Assembly (NCBI RefSeq): GCF_001194135.2
Contig: NC_068994.1
Location: forward strand, 32,646,192-32,710,191
Direction of reading: 5' to 3'
Length of the DNA: 64,000 nucleotides
Source: Octopus bimaculoides
Taxonomy: Eukaryota
The position numbers and the translations under genes were made by a program. Position 1 is the stretch's first letter; every line of letters begins with the position of its first letter. Below, one piece after another: positions 11,504-23,774 of this stretch. Below the pieces are notes generated by a model. The model searched no databases. It saw only the letters and a program-made list of their open reading frames with translations, and had not been told where the DNA came from.

Positions 11504-12720
11504 GGCAGAAGTTGTTGAATGACTCAAGTGAGAGAATTTTGTACATTGGTACTTGGTCCTTGAATCACTCACTAACTTCTGCTGATTAATAAAAAATATA
11601 TATATATATATATACTCCTGTTTTGAGTTCTATATACCTGTTTGTATCACCACACAAACACACTCACAAATACATACAAAAGATATAGATCCACACACAA
11701 AGATACCAATGTACACACACACACACACACACGCATGCACAGATGAGCCATATATATATATACTTTTTGGACTAATGATTTTATAAATATATATACATAC
11801 ACACACACACACACACAGATATCTTTATCTGTGAATCTTAGTTTGCATGTATGTGTAGTTTTCAGTGTGTGTGTGTGTGTGTTTGTGTGTGTGTACGTGT
11901 TGACTGAAAACCAGAACATCACGTAGTCTTTAAATTAAATTTATTAAACACCAAATCCTGGAGTAATTTGATAACAGAATCTGATATGAAGATATTAAAG
12001 TTTATGAGAAAGAAGAAAAAAAAATCCTAAAGAACAAAAATAGCAATAAAACAACAAAATAATAATAATAAAATGAAGTAAAAATGGAAATTATCAGTGA
12101 TAAAACATTATCATGTTACTGTGTTCTAGAAATTTAATGAAATTTTGAAGATTGTGATTGGGAATAACTATGTCAAGGAAGTATCAATAAACAAGAGCAG
12201 GTTCTGTAGGTTCAAATCTGACATGGGCATACCTGGCAGAACTATTAGCACACTGAGCAAAGTGTTAGCACACTGAGCAAAGTGTTTTGCGACATTTTAT
12301 CCATCTTAATGTTCTGAGTTCAAATTCCACTATGGTCGATTTTCTCTGTTCAGGATCGATAAAGTAAGTACCAGTTGAATGCTGAGGTAAACTTAATTTA
12401 CTTGTGCCCTCCTCCAAAATTGCTGGTCATGTGTCAGAATTTTAAACAATTAAATTCCACTCACAACACATTCAACAATCTAGGGCCACTGCAGCAGACA
12501 TTTTCCCTAAGACAGCGCATTGCAGGAGAAGGTGGGGGATGAAACTCAAAGAACCATTTTCTGGTTAAGTGAATTTCTTAAGCACAAAGTCATGTTCATG
12601 CCCACATGCAATTACTTCGAAGAAATTTAAAAGAATGATTACAAGACATTCCTAAACCATCGACTGACTGTTATAAGAAATTACAAATTACACCAAATTG
12701 TAACGAGCAAACATACATAC

Positions 12721-12886
12721 CAGATAGTTCTTCATAGTGACCTGTTTCTCTCTTGTTCAAATTATGTCTTCTATCTGTATAAGGCACCGGTGTCGACGAT
12801 AGTTCGTTGTAGCGACACGGTGCATTGAATGCAGTTTCTTTGTATTTTCTACCATCGGGTGTCACAACTATTTTTTGGATGCACAT
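12721..12886 (-). CDS. Coding exon MCIQKIVVTPDGRKYKETAFNAPCRYNELSSTPVPYTDRRHNLNKRETGHYEELS(phase 1) of the unidentified minus-strand gene
   Basis: Acceptor ttattgtttttcttctcttatctttgcatag| and donor CTG|gtatgt. Only frame 0 is open across the 166 nt. The phase-1 end matches exon 3438-3074. Confidence 0.75.
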
Positions 12887-12940
12887 CTATGCAAAGATAA
12901 GAGAAGAAAAACAATAATGCATAAGTTGTATAATTATATA

Positions 12941-13164
12941 TACAAGGTGGGTGCTGAAAGTTCTTGGTTTGGGGTAGAAGAAAATACAGGCGGATCAGTT
13001 AATTATGATTTTATTTGACAAATTCTCCCACTCAGGTTTATACACATTTATTGCAGCAGTCCTCCAGTTTTTCTAAGCCCTGTAAAAGAACCTGAAAAGT
13101 TGGGATTCCAACCAGGCCTTTCATGATACTCTTAAACTCATGAACTTTTCAGCACCCCTTCATA
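12941..13164. mobile_element. Mariner-type MITE with TA termini and TIR near tatgaaggggtgctgaaaagttc
   Basis: tacaaggtgggtgctgaaagttc ... gaacttttcagcaccccttcata. The same family occurs at 63437-63627 and about 53500-53720. Confidence 0.75.
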
Positions 13165-13377
13165 TGCATATACACATACACACACACACATGTATACATA
13201 CACACACACATCGTCTAAGAAACCACATTTCATTCCATAACTGCCATCCCTGAAGAGGGCAGGGTTACATAATCAGGTTGTTATGTAATACTCTGTTGAA
13301 CCCTTTGTACAAAACTGATTGGTAAGATTGGCCATAATGGGTATATAATACTGTACACTTTGATTAATATATATATA

Positions 13378-13905
13378 TAGGGTGGGTAGAGAGAATGGAC
13401 GTTTTTGAAATGGCTATTACTCAGTCCCCGTGGGAGGGACATATGTCCAACAGGTACCATTTGGTCTGTGGTGTCTTAGCATGTTTTTCTTTTTAGGTGA
13501 AGCTATGCCACTGTGGACAATAGAGCATCACGTGTTTGCCTACGACAGTTGCATGAAGAACAATGGGTCTGTCACCGCAGTTCAGCATGAGTTTCGGTGC
13601 CACTTCAACATTCACCAAAATCAGGCTGTTCCCACCTTTTAACCCACCTTTAACACAATCTTACATTGGGTGAGTGCACTTCATGCACGAGGTACACTAA
13701 TGAATAGGAGACAGGTGGGGGCGCCATGAACGGTATGGACCCTAGAAAATGTGGAACGTGCCAGACAAGCTTTCAGAAATGCATCAATAAAAATGGACAC
13801 CACATGATGGATGTTGTTTTCCACACATTGATGTCAATAATATATGTTTGCAGCTAAAATGAATGATTTTGTGAATTTTTCAAAAACGTCCATCCTCTCT
13901 GCCCC

Positions 13906-13912
<7 letters not shown>
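13378..13912 (+). mobile_element. Non-autonomous Tc1/mariner element retaining an N-terminal HTH (DUF4817-like) remnant
   Basis: TIRs of about 33 bp (tagggtgggtagagagaatggacgtttttgaaa / tttcaaaaacgtccatcctctctgccccacccta) inside (TA)n. Internal translation HVFAYDSCMKNNGSVTAVQHEFRCHFNIHQNQAVPT resembles the S/VxxxQRxFRxxFN transposase N-terminus. Confidence 0.75.
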
Positions 13913-13962
<50 letters not shown>

Positions 13963-14077
13963 CAGGGAATTGCTAATTAATTAATAAATTAATAATTAAC
14001 AATTTTGCCAAGTAGTTCAGTATGCAAAAAAAAAACCTTTATCGGTAAATCATTTATAATTATAAATATATAGGGAT

Positions 14078-14507
14078 CAGCAGGAGTTGCTTCACCAACA
14101 TACTGAAAATTTAGAAATAGCAATCTTTTCTGTGGGACTATTTGTGACGCACATGGGATAATTTTGAGGAGGGACACGGAACTTACTAGTCGATATAAAT
14201 TTGGAGATGCTGATTCTTTTCTTATATGATATTTGATGTCGCATGGTCAAATATGCATGGGTTTATTAGCATTTTCAGATTTATAATTTTGGATATCATG
14301 CTGATGAGTGGAACAAATTTTTATATTCTAATCACGAAACGTCATACATGATTAACTAACGGCAGGTTTGTTTTCATTTGTTTCTCTTCCGTTGTTCTAT
14401 GTGAGCCATAAATATCGCTATCCGTTGGAGAATAAATTGTAGTAAGAATTAGCAATTTTAACTGCTATTTCTAAATTTTCAGTATGTTGGTGAAGCAACT
14501 CCTGCTG
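14078..14507. mobile_element. MITE-like element with perfect 45-bp inverted repeats (14078-14122, 14463-14507)
   Basis: cagcaggagttgcttcaccaacatactgaaaatttagaaatagca and its exact reverse complement. No TSD identified. Confidence 0.65.
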
Positions 14508-14825
14508 GTACATCACATGAATTTAGAAACTTTGATAGATATAAAAGAAATTGTTTCTAATGGTGGGACTTGAAGTTTCTTGAGTCTTAGAAAGATGGAT
14601 CTGCAATTTCTTACTGAACAACTTGCACAGATGATTTGTTTACAGTGATCAACTGCTTGTGCTGCACCTAAGCTCTCTCTTTCCATCAAATTGACATTAC
14701 CTGAACAGGTGTTCACTGTACCACATGTTAGATGTTGAAGTAATCACAGAACAGTATGAAATAAAGTGTTTTGCTCAAAAGTAGATACAGCTATGAAAAA
14801 TAGAACTCAATACCTGAATACATAT

Positions 14826-15664
14826 CTTTTATCTTTTACTTGTTTTAGTCATTTGACGATGGCCATACTTTGGCACCACCTTGAAGAATTCCAAGTTGAA
14901 TAAATCAACCTCAGTACTTATATTTTGATATGGTTGGTACTTATTCTATCATTCACTTTTGTCAAGTTGCTTAGTTATAGGGACATAAACATACCAACAC
15001 TGGTTGTTAAACAGTGGTGGGAGATAAACACAAACACAAAGACACACACACATAAATATATGTATATATTTATAGAGATATATATATATACAACAGGCTT
15101 CTTTCAGTTTTCATCTACCAAATCCACTCACAAGGATTAGGATGGCCTGAGGCTATAGTAGAAGACACTTGTCCAAGATACCACACAGTGGGACTGAAAC
15201 CCAAACCATGAAGTTGAGAAGTAAGCTACTTATCACACAGCCACACCTGTGCCTCTTTTACGCTTTTACTTGTTTCAGTCATTTGACTGCAGCCATGCTG
15301 GAGCACTGCCTTTAGTCGACCAAATCGACCCCAGGACTTATTCTTTGTAAGCCTAGTACTTATTCTATCGGTCTCTTTTGCCAAACTGCTAAGTTACGGG
15401 GACATAAACACACCACCATCAGTTGTCAAGCGGTGTTGGGGGGACAAACACAGACACACAGACATATACGCACACAGACATATACACACACATACATATA
15501 TACAACAGGCTTCTTTCAGTTTCCGTCTACCAAATCCACTCACAAGGCTTTGGTTGACATGAGGCTATAGTAGAAGACACTTGCCTAAGGTGCTACACTG
15601 GGACTGAACCCGGAACCATGTGGTTGGGAAGCAAGCTACTTACCACACAGCCACACCTGTGCCT
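14826..15664 (-). mobile_element. Two head-to-tail family A SINE copies (14826-15254 older; 15255-15664 younger)
   Basis: Each runs from the cttttac tail to the ccacacctgtgcct head; the second is closer to the other well-preserved copies. Confidence 0.85.
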
Positions 15665-16194
15665 ATATCTTTATTTTTCAATTGCTATAAAGTTACAAAA
15701 GTGAAGCAATGACCTAGTGTTTTGTAGGTGGCACCTATCATATAGGCACGTGCACAAGCATATGCTCTCTGTCTGTCTGTCTATCTGGATCTCACTTTCA
15801 CACACACCCACACAATCTATAAATATTGGACATTAACATTAATTCAATATTTATATGGTTTTAAACATATTCTTCATTTGATGAAAAATAATGAAGTATA
15901 TCTCAAATAGTTATTATCTCCAACAAATATTGCGACAGACTGAGTTTCTTGTGCCCATACATAGACATACAGGTATTTCACCACACACAAATATATGTAT
16001 ATTTAAGTGTATAATTTATCAATTAACAAATCAGATAATTTCATATAAATGACATTAAACATTATACCTACGTAAACACTAATTCCAAATATGAGATTAA
16101 AAAGAAAATACAAAAACAAAAGGTGAAACAAACATCAACTACACATACAGAAATTGAAACACATTCATACCTTACCAAGTAACTTTGTTAGAAA

Positions 16195-16233
<39 letters not shown>

Positions 16234-16469
16234 ACTTTCTCTGTCTCTGTCTGTCTGTCTCTCTCCCTCGTTCTACCCCCGCCTCTTGCTTTGCATTGCC
16301 TTCTTTTTCAGATAAAGGTTTTAAATGTGTATTGATTTTGTTTTCGAAAGTGAACTTTTATTTAACAGATAATTTGTCAGCCACTTAGCACTTATAGAAT
16401 AGGGCTACATCTACTAATGTCAATCAGGGTAATGTATCTTGATTTGCTATGTCCTGATATATATGTGTG

Positions 16470-16506
<37 letters not shown>

Positions 16507-16579
16507 ATGTGTGAGTGTGTGAGTGTGTGCGTGCATGATTATATGTTTGTGTTTGTATGTATATATGTATATATGTGTG

Positions 16580-16613
<34 letters not shown>

Positions 16614-16849
16614 AGTGTATGTATATTCACATGCAGATGCAAACTCTATACTTATATGCACACACACACATATATTTTTATACCTATATAATGAATATTT
16701 CAAGACAAATGCAATAATAATAATAAATATCATTGGCTAAAATATTTTTATGAAATCTACAGAAATGATACAATATTTCTACACACTCACACACACAAAA
16801 TACATTTTCAGTGTTTGAAGTAGATGGATCTTGCAAATGAGGAAAAACC

Positions 16850-16975
16850 TAGAAACATATGGAATCGAATGGAATGGTGGGGAGTAATCTTAAGGAGCTG
16901 AACCTTGCAAAGGAGATGACAAAGAACTATGATGATTGGCAGCATGAGATATTGGAAAACACCTGTTCACTGTCA
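16850..16975 (+). mobile_element. RTE-clade LINE extreme 3' relic
   Basis: Translates NLKELNLAKEMTKNYDDWQHEILENT, resembling the DLKxLxLTxEMTxDRxxWR terminus of RTE ORFs. Confidence 0.5.
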
Positions 16976-19900
16976 CACATAAATATACTATACACACACA
17001 CACACACACACGTATATGTCAGGTCGGTCTTGAGTGCTACTGGTAACAATGTAATTCAGTTCAATCTGTTGCATGATTGAGTCATCATTGGTTGAATTGG
17101 CAACACAGTTAAGCCTGTTTAGTGAGTAGGGCGGATTTTGGACACCCTGTGGGGTGAAAAACACAACCCATCAAAGGACAAATGAACTCAGGAGAGTCAA
17201 CATCCATTCAATTACATGATATATTGTTTAATGCAAATGGTATAGAATTATGAGCTACTAATTGTTTCATACATTGGAGATATTTTCTATGCAGATTTTA
17301 ATAACACACCCAGAAAACATTTCTAATGTATTAAACTATTAGTAGCTCATATCTATATGCTGTATACATTAAACAATTTTTATCTGTCACCAGATGGAGT
17401 ACTTTTTTGTTGATCTTACCTTAATGGAAAGCTAAACTATATATATGGGCCCCGAAACGGCGCACATTCTCTCCTGATGACCCCATACACTTGCTGGCTT
17501 CCGGTATGTGGAGTTCTCGACTGGTAGCACTTGCATGTGCGAGTTGTTTGCAAGACATGTGTGCGTGTGTGCATGTGTGTGTGCAAGAATATATATATTT
17601 CTGGTTTGGTATCCAGAGTTGCATCTAACCAACCAGGCTGGGTTAATTTCTAAGCCATGACAAAGGCATCTACACCGGGGATGGAGAACTCTAATAGAAA
17701 AGCCTGAGGTATATTCTTCAGAGTTATTGACATTTTAACCAACTGTCTACTACCAACAACATTTCTAAACAGAGTAGCTGGTCCTACTCAAGCCTTTCAC
17801 TACTGAAAACAAATCATCTTCTGGGTAGTCTGATGGCTATATTATTGGTTGTAAGACCCTCCTAAGAAGCTGACAAGGGAATTCACTACATATATTATCA
17901 TCATCATTTAACAATCACTTCTCCATGCTTGCATGGGTTGGACAGTTTATTGAGGCGGATTTTCTATGGCCATATGCTCTTCCTGTCTTCCATCCTTACC
18001 TGTTTCCAAGTAAGGTAATATTTCCCCATGGCCAGACATTTTTCCACTGAAATGAATGACATTCATTTATAGTAATCATACAAATTATCTCTTAAAAAGG
18101 AAACCAAGCAACATTAAGTATATGGCACTCAGAATCTTGTTTTACTAAATACGATATAATTTGAAAATTAAGTTGGTGTTTGAATATGATGGTTCTTGTT
18201 TTGTTTTGTTTTAATTTTCACGAGAGATATAAAGTTTCCTAAATCTACTAGAATATCTCTTGTATTAGAAATAAATAAGATAAGAATCTTCAACCAAATG
18301 TTAAATAAAGACTGGCTTCAGAGATCAAATACGAAAACGTTGACTGTCAAATGTCAAAAGTCGCACAGATCAGTGACAAGGTTGATCTCCACCATTTCAG
18401 GTTAAACTTTGGCAGCAATAATGGTTTGAAGCATTGACTGGAACGGAGAATAAGAGGAATAGATTACGGCATAATAAGCAGCAGAATTTATTTGAGTAAA
18501 CTGGAATCGTTGTCTGGATTAAATTGAGTTTATAATGTTTTGGTCAGAACAGATAGAGAAACAGCAACTTGTCAAGCATTGAAAAGATTTACACCTTGCA
18601 AAGACTTGCCAGGCTGATCAAGTAAAGAGTTAAATGCTTTTCTATTGTATTCCATCGTTGTTGTTTGTTGTGCTTTAGGTATGTAGTATTAATAATGTTA
18701 TTTTCCCAAGACATGCTAAAACATGGTGTCTTTTATGATTCTTTCTGAAGTTTATTGTGTCAGCCAGTCAATAAATCAATCAATGTGTTTAAATACATTA
18801 TAAATACATGTACACTGATACACACACACACACACATGTGTGTGTGTGTGTGTGTTTATATACTCAAGCAAGCACTTATATGCAAAACAAGGTGGAAAAT
18901 ATTAGTACTCAAATACCAAAGGCGGAGCCATTGGCTTTAATAAAGCTGAAAAAATGTTCACAAACTGTTACTCAGAGTTTCATGTTACCATGTGTTAGAC
19001 AGCTGGAATAATTCATTCATTCATTCATACATAAATACATACATACATACATACATACATACATACAGTCACAAATGACAGAGAAATAGTTTAATGAAAT
19101 TTTATTTAACAATAAGAAAAGTCTAATTTTATGACAAATTGTTTCGTAACTTAAAAACATGTAAATAATTTACATTATTATATTTAATAATAAATAAATT
19201 ACATGCTTGCATCAATGCAAAAAATCCTTCAAAATAATGCAGAATTTAAGCTACTGGTGCATTAAGAGGGTTTTATTTCTCAACACTACACTTTACTACA
19301 GAATGTATACTTTTTCTCTTATGTTGTCATTGGACTATGGCTATGTTGGGGTACCACCTAGAAGAGCTTAGATGAACAAATGGACTCAATTCTGTTGAAC
19401 TGCTAAACTATGGGGGACTTAAACAAACCAGCAGCTGTTGTCAGTTGGTGGTGGGGGACAAGCACAAGTATAAAGACACATATATACAATATATATATAT
19501 AATGGAATTCCATACAATTTCCATCAACCAAATTCACTAACAAGTCACTGCTTGGTCCAAGGCCATAGTAGAAGACATTTTTCCAAGGTGCTACACAGTT
19601 GGACTGAACTTGAAATCACATGGCTACAAAGCAAGCTTCTTAACCACAGTTATTCCTTGCTTACAGATTTTCAACTAACACTCTGTGCAACTGAGATTTC
19701 TAAACACTATGTATTCTGTATCATTTTGGATAAAATAAAAGCATCAACCATACTGATTTCAATCCTGCATTGGGACTTCAACTGTTCCCGAGTATAGTAC
19801 TTATAAACCAATTATTATCCCTATAAGCTTAAGTAAATCATGCTGATTTACATCATTAATACCTTCATTACAGCTAGTTCAATTTATATATGGTATTAAC

Positions 19901-20069
19901 AGCAATTAACAGCATTTTGTTTCTATGTCTTACTTTCTTTCAAAATAAATCTATAGATTTCAGCTACCACTGTATGTTACAGAAGTTATAGATAGCTAGT
20001 ATTTACTAACAGTACTATCAATGAATCTATATAATACAGTGTAGTATTGAAACAAAACTGTCAACATAC

Positions 20070-20175
20070 TGGTAATTTTTCAATTGAACTGGTTGCCAAG
20101 ACTGCTTTATATATAGAGATCAGTTCACTTTTTTGTCTTGAACTGAAGCTAATTGTGGGTTTGAAAGTAGATTCT
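20070..20175 (-). CDS. Candidate upstream exon (x)ESTFKPTISFSSRQKSELISIYKAVLATSSIEKLP
   Basis: Acceptor ttgaaattttaactgtcacag| and donor CCA|gtatgt. One frame is open over 106 nt and ends in phase 0, as needed by exon 12886. No homology support. Confidence 0.35.
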
Positions 20176-20353
20176 CTGTGACAGTTAAAATTTCAACACA
20201 AGATTGATGATTCATCTGGCTGATTCACCTTTTTTTCTCTCCTTGAAGATATTATATATAAAGTCTAATAAATTCACTGTTGGCTAAAATCTAATCCATA
20301 GATGTGTTTTGTGATACTGTATGTATGTATGTATGTATGTATGTGCATGCGTA

Positions 20354-20418
<65 letters not shown>

Positions 20419-20422
20419 GCAT

Positions 20423-20469
<47 letters not shown>

Positions 20470-20599
20470 AGGGGTATGTAAATATTTATATAGAGAGAAA
20501 TATTTACATGTATGTGAGTGTGTTTCAGTTACTGGACCATGGAGATACAAAGGACACAGTCTCTGCTAGAAATTTTGATTAATCATACCAAACCAAGTA

Positions 20600-22560
20600 C
20601 TTACTGTAGTCTGATTTTAGTTTTTAGCAAAAGAGATATCTAGTATTTCAGGAACATATAAATTACCTAGTCTTCTATTTCATTATATGACCTAACCTTT
20701 GCTAAAATCTTCTACTGTATGAGATATTCCTGTCTTTCAAGTTCCAAATGTGGACCAATAATGAAATCATGTTTTTTCTTGCTGGGTTTCACAACAAATG
20801 GTTATGAATGTGATATGCAACTTTAAATTGATTTGTTGTTAAACTGATATTAACCTTATTAATATTAGTGTTAGTCTTATTAGTATTCATAAACTATACT
20901 GCAAATTAAGCTATTTCCATTGAACAGGAAATTATTCTTATTAATGAAATAACACTTTGCATCATTGTTGTTTTGACAGTCGTAGTATTGTGATTCATTA
21001 ATTTAGTTAGGTGATGTTTTGTGCAAGTTAGAATGTGATGGAATAAGATTATTTAAGAGTAGTCTTCTTAAAGATTTTATAATACTATGTTCTAAAGGGA
21101 AATGCTTCTTGACTAAAATAAAAAAGATTTTGGTTATAAGTGTAGCTTCTTAGTTGGTGGATAACACCAACTAACACACTTAAATCAATACTGCCTAATT
21201 CTATGCTCATTGTTTATGTAACAAACCTTATCTTTAAATCCACTATAAACCACTGTCTTATCACAATAATAATCATTAAATATTTGTTCATTAGCACATG
21301 TGAACTAACCTCAATGAGATATATCTAACTAAATTTCTAGTGATGCTGGTTGTATGGTTTGAAAATGTATTGATGTAATTATCTGAATGGGTTTTCTGGG
21401 GATAAGTCGTTAGATAGGTTTAAGGTCATATTAAGAAAATTCAATACAGATTGATCAGCAACTCATATGACTGGAAGACTAAAACCTTTGAAAAAGAAAA
21501 TCAGATTCTTCTTAAACTTTCTATCATGGAGGTTACTCTTAATCATGGTCAACATGTCATATTATCAATACAGATCTCTTCCTAAATAAGGAAATTCTTC
21601 CATAAGCTAGAACAGCACAAATAGACCGATAAGCTCAGTAACCCCATCTAAATCCTTCATCCAGTATTTACATTAAAAGTGATACTTGCAGGGGTTTTTT
21701 TTCATCCAAATAGAATCATCCAAGTTTATCATTGTTTTTTCAAAATCCTAAAATCGTTGTTATTGTTTTAGCGAAATAAAGTTCTAAGAAGTAATGGTAA
21801 TGTTAGAGACTTAACACTTAATGTAGAACTGTATAAATCTAGATAGCCCTTATTAGTGGGCCCTTAGACCAATCAATTAATGCAAAAGGTTTACCGTGCA
21901 AAACTAAAGGGACCAGTGCTTTAATTTTAGTCATTCTATCAAGTATTCTCTACCTAACTTCCCATATAGCTGGTCTTGTAGGATTAATTAGTCTAATTGA
22001 TAAGCTATTACTGAAATCAGGTTTGTGGTTCTTCAATGTAACATGAGGAATTACAGTATGATTCTGGATCTGAAGTTCAGAAGAATCCTGAATTGTTGAT
22101 ATTATTTGTACAACAATCTTAATGTAATCCTTAATGATGGCATTAAATAACAGTCATTGGTAAGAACTTCTCTCAATCTGATACAAATTACCAGCCTCAT
22201 CAGAATGAATATTTATGTTACTGAAATCTTTGATGTTTCTTATCCTGTTTTGCAAATTCTATTAGAATGGATTAGTTCTCTTCCTAAACATAATGCCCTG
22301 AATGAGTGCAAATAAATTCTTCTCAAACAATATCAATAATGTGTTACTAGGAGGATATTTATACAAGGTCTGAACAAAAAGCATCAAGATTATTACTGTG
22401 GGGACAGATCTGAAGTATGCAGAATGAAGCTGCTGTTTACAGACTGACCTTGAACTCTGTCACATGGGCATGCTAAGTTATGACATTCTTACTGGCTTCC
22501 ATTGTTTATAGCAGGGCTTGGAAGTAAAGTGTGTAGAGTATGGTTGTCATGTGCATCTGG
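20600..22560 (-). mobile_element. Decayed Penelope-like retroelement with RT followed by a C-terminal GIY-YIG endonuclease
   Basis: Minus-strand remnants in canonical order: VTLKNHKPDFSNSLSIRLINP (~22050-21985); DGV-TELIGLFVL; a degraded GLYRDD-like motif (~21580-21555); LNFLNMTLNLS (~21447-21415); YINTFSNHTTSITRNL; LVKKHFPLEH; CYFINKNNFLFNGNSLICSIVYE; HIWNLKDRNISYS (~20756-20718). Many stops and frameshifts. Confidence 0.85.
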
Positions 22561-23558
22561 TGAGTGGGATTTGTGGGATTTGATTTTTGGACAGAGGAAA
22601 AAGTTGCAAAAGGCAAGATCTAGGGAATATAGTGGTTGTCAAACATAGGGAGACAGAATTCTGGGCCAATCTATGCTGAGCAGCTTCAATATGTGTACTT
22701 TATTTCTGTTACCATAAGAACAATCCCAATACATTTTGATCAGACATCATATGATTTAAGATCAAAATATTTCTTATTCTCTAACAACGTATTGCAATTT
22801 ATTGAAATAGCATACTACCATCTTTTCCTTTTAAAAAATGGATTTTTTGAAAATAAGTATTTCCTAATATATCTTTGAGTTTGGCATTGGAGTAAATTTT
22901 GTAGAAATATGAAGCTGTTGTTTTGAATTTTAGTTTTGAGTCAGAGTTTTTGTTTTAGTGATTATTCAAGTATAATATAAATGTTTTGAATTGCCTAAAA
23001 CAGTTTTAAAATTATTATACTGTCTCCTACAGATTAAGTTTCTGATGATCTCAATTACAGTGAAAGCATAGTTTCTCTGCAAAACAATACATCTGTTATA
23101 AATGCTTACTCTACAGTCATTTGTATAACTTGCATTGGATTCTGTTTAGATATCGGGCACCAAGTATGAAACTAATACATACACACACCCACACACATCT
23201 TGTTATGCTAGCAACATTTTTCAGAAGACAGTCTGCTTCTACATCTGCAGTTGATAGGAAAGATAAACAACACTTAATGAGCATTCATGAACGTATAACT
23301 AGTCAAATGTTCCTCACTCACAGTTGTAAAAGATCCTGTAGTTTATCCATGGATTATATTTCCACTGAGAAATTCTATATATTATATTTATTAAACATAT
23401 TTTCTATGATTTCTGAAAACATACAAAATACATTGTAAAGTGTTTGGCATTAGAAAGGGCATCTAACTGTAGAAACCATGCTAAAGATGACATTGTATAA
23501 TTCTGGATAATTCTTTATTAGTGCTTTATATATATGTATATATATAGTACCCTTAATT

Positions 23559-23774
23559 ATTCTTTTCTACTCTAGGCACAAGGCCTGAAATTTTGGGGGA
23601 GGGGCCAGTCGATTAGATCGACCCCAGGTACACAACTGGTACTTAATTTATCGACCCTGGAAGGATGAAAGGCAAAGTCAACTTTGGCGGAATTTGAACT
23701 CAGAACGTATAGACAGATGAAATACTGTTAAGCATTTCGCCCAGCATGCTAACGTTTCAGCCAGCACGCCACCT
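23559..23774 (-). mobile_element. Family B SINE, relatively well preserved
   Basis: attcttttctactctaggcacaaggcctgaaatttt...gcatttcgcccagcatgctaacg. Similar copies lie at 44903-45140 and as a tandem pair at 55555-55965. Confidence 0.85.

Noticed and set aside
14513-14716. 67-aa minus ORF with possible splice sites
   Set aside because: The acceptors are weak or the implied exons are implausibly small, and there is no recognisable motif.
23121-23438. Strong minus acceptor (ttatctttcctatcaactgcag|) reading DVEADCLLKNVASITR..., and an overlapping plus ORF
   Set aside because: No donor in a phase compatible with downstream candidates; the frame runs through a GT repeat to a stop.
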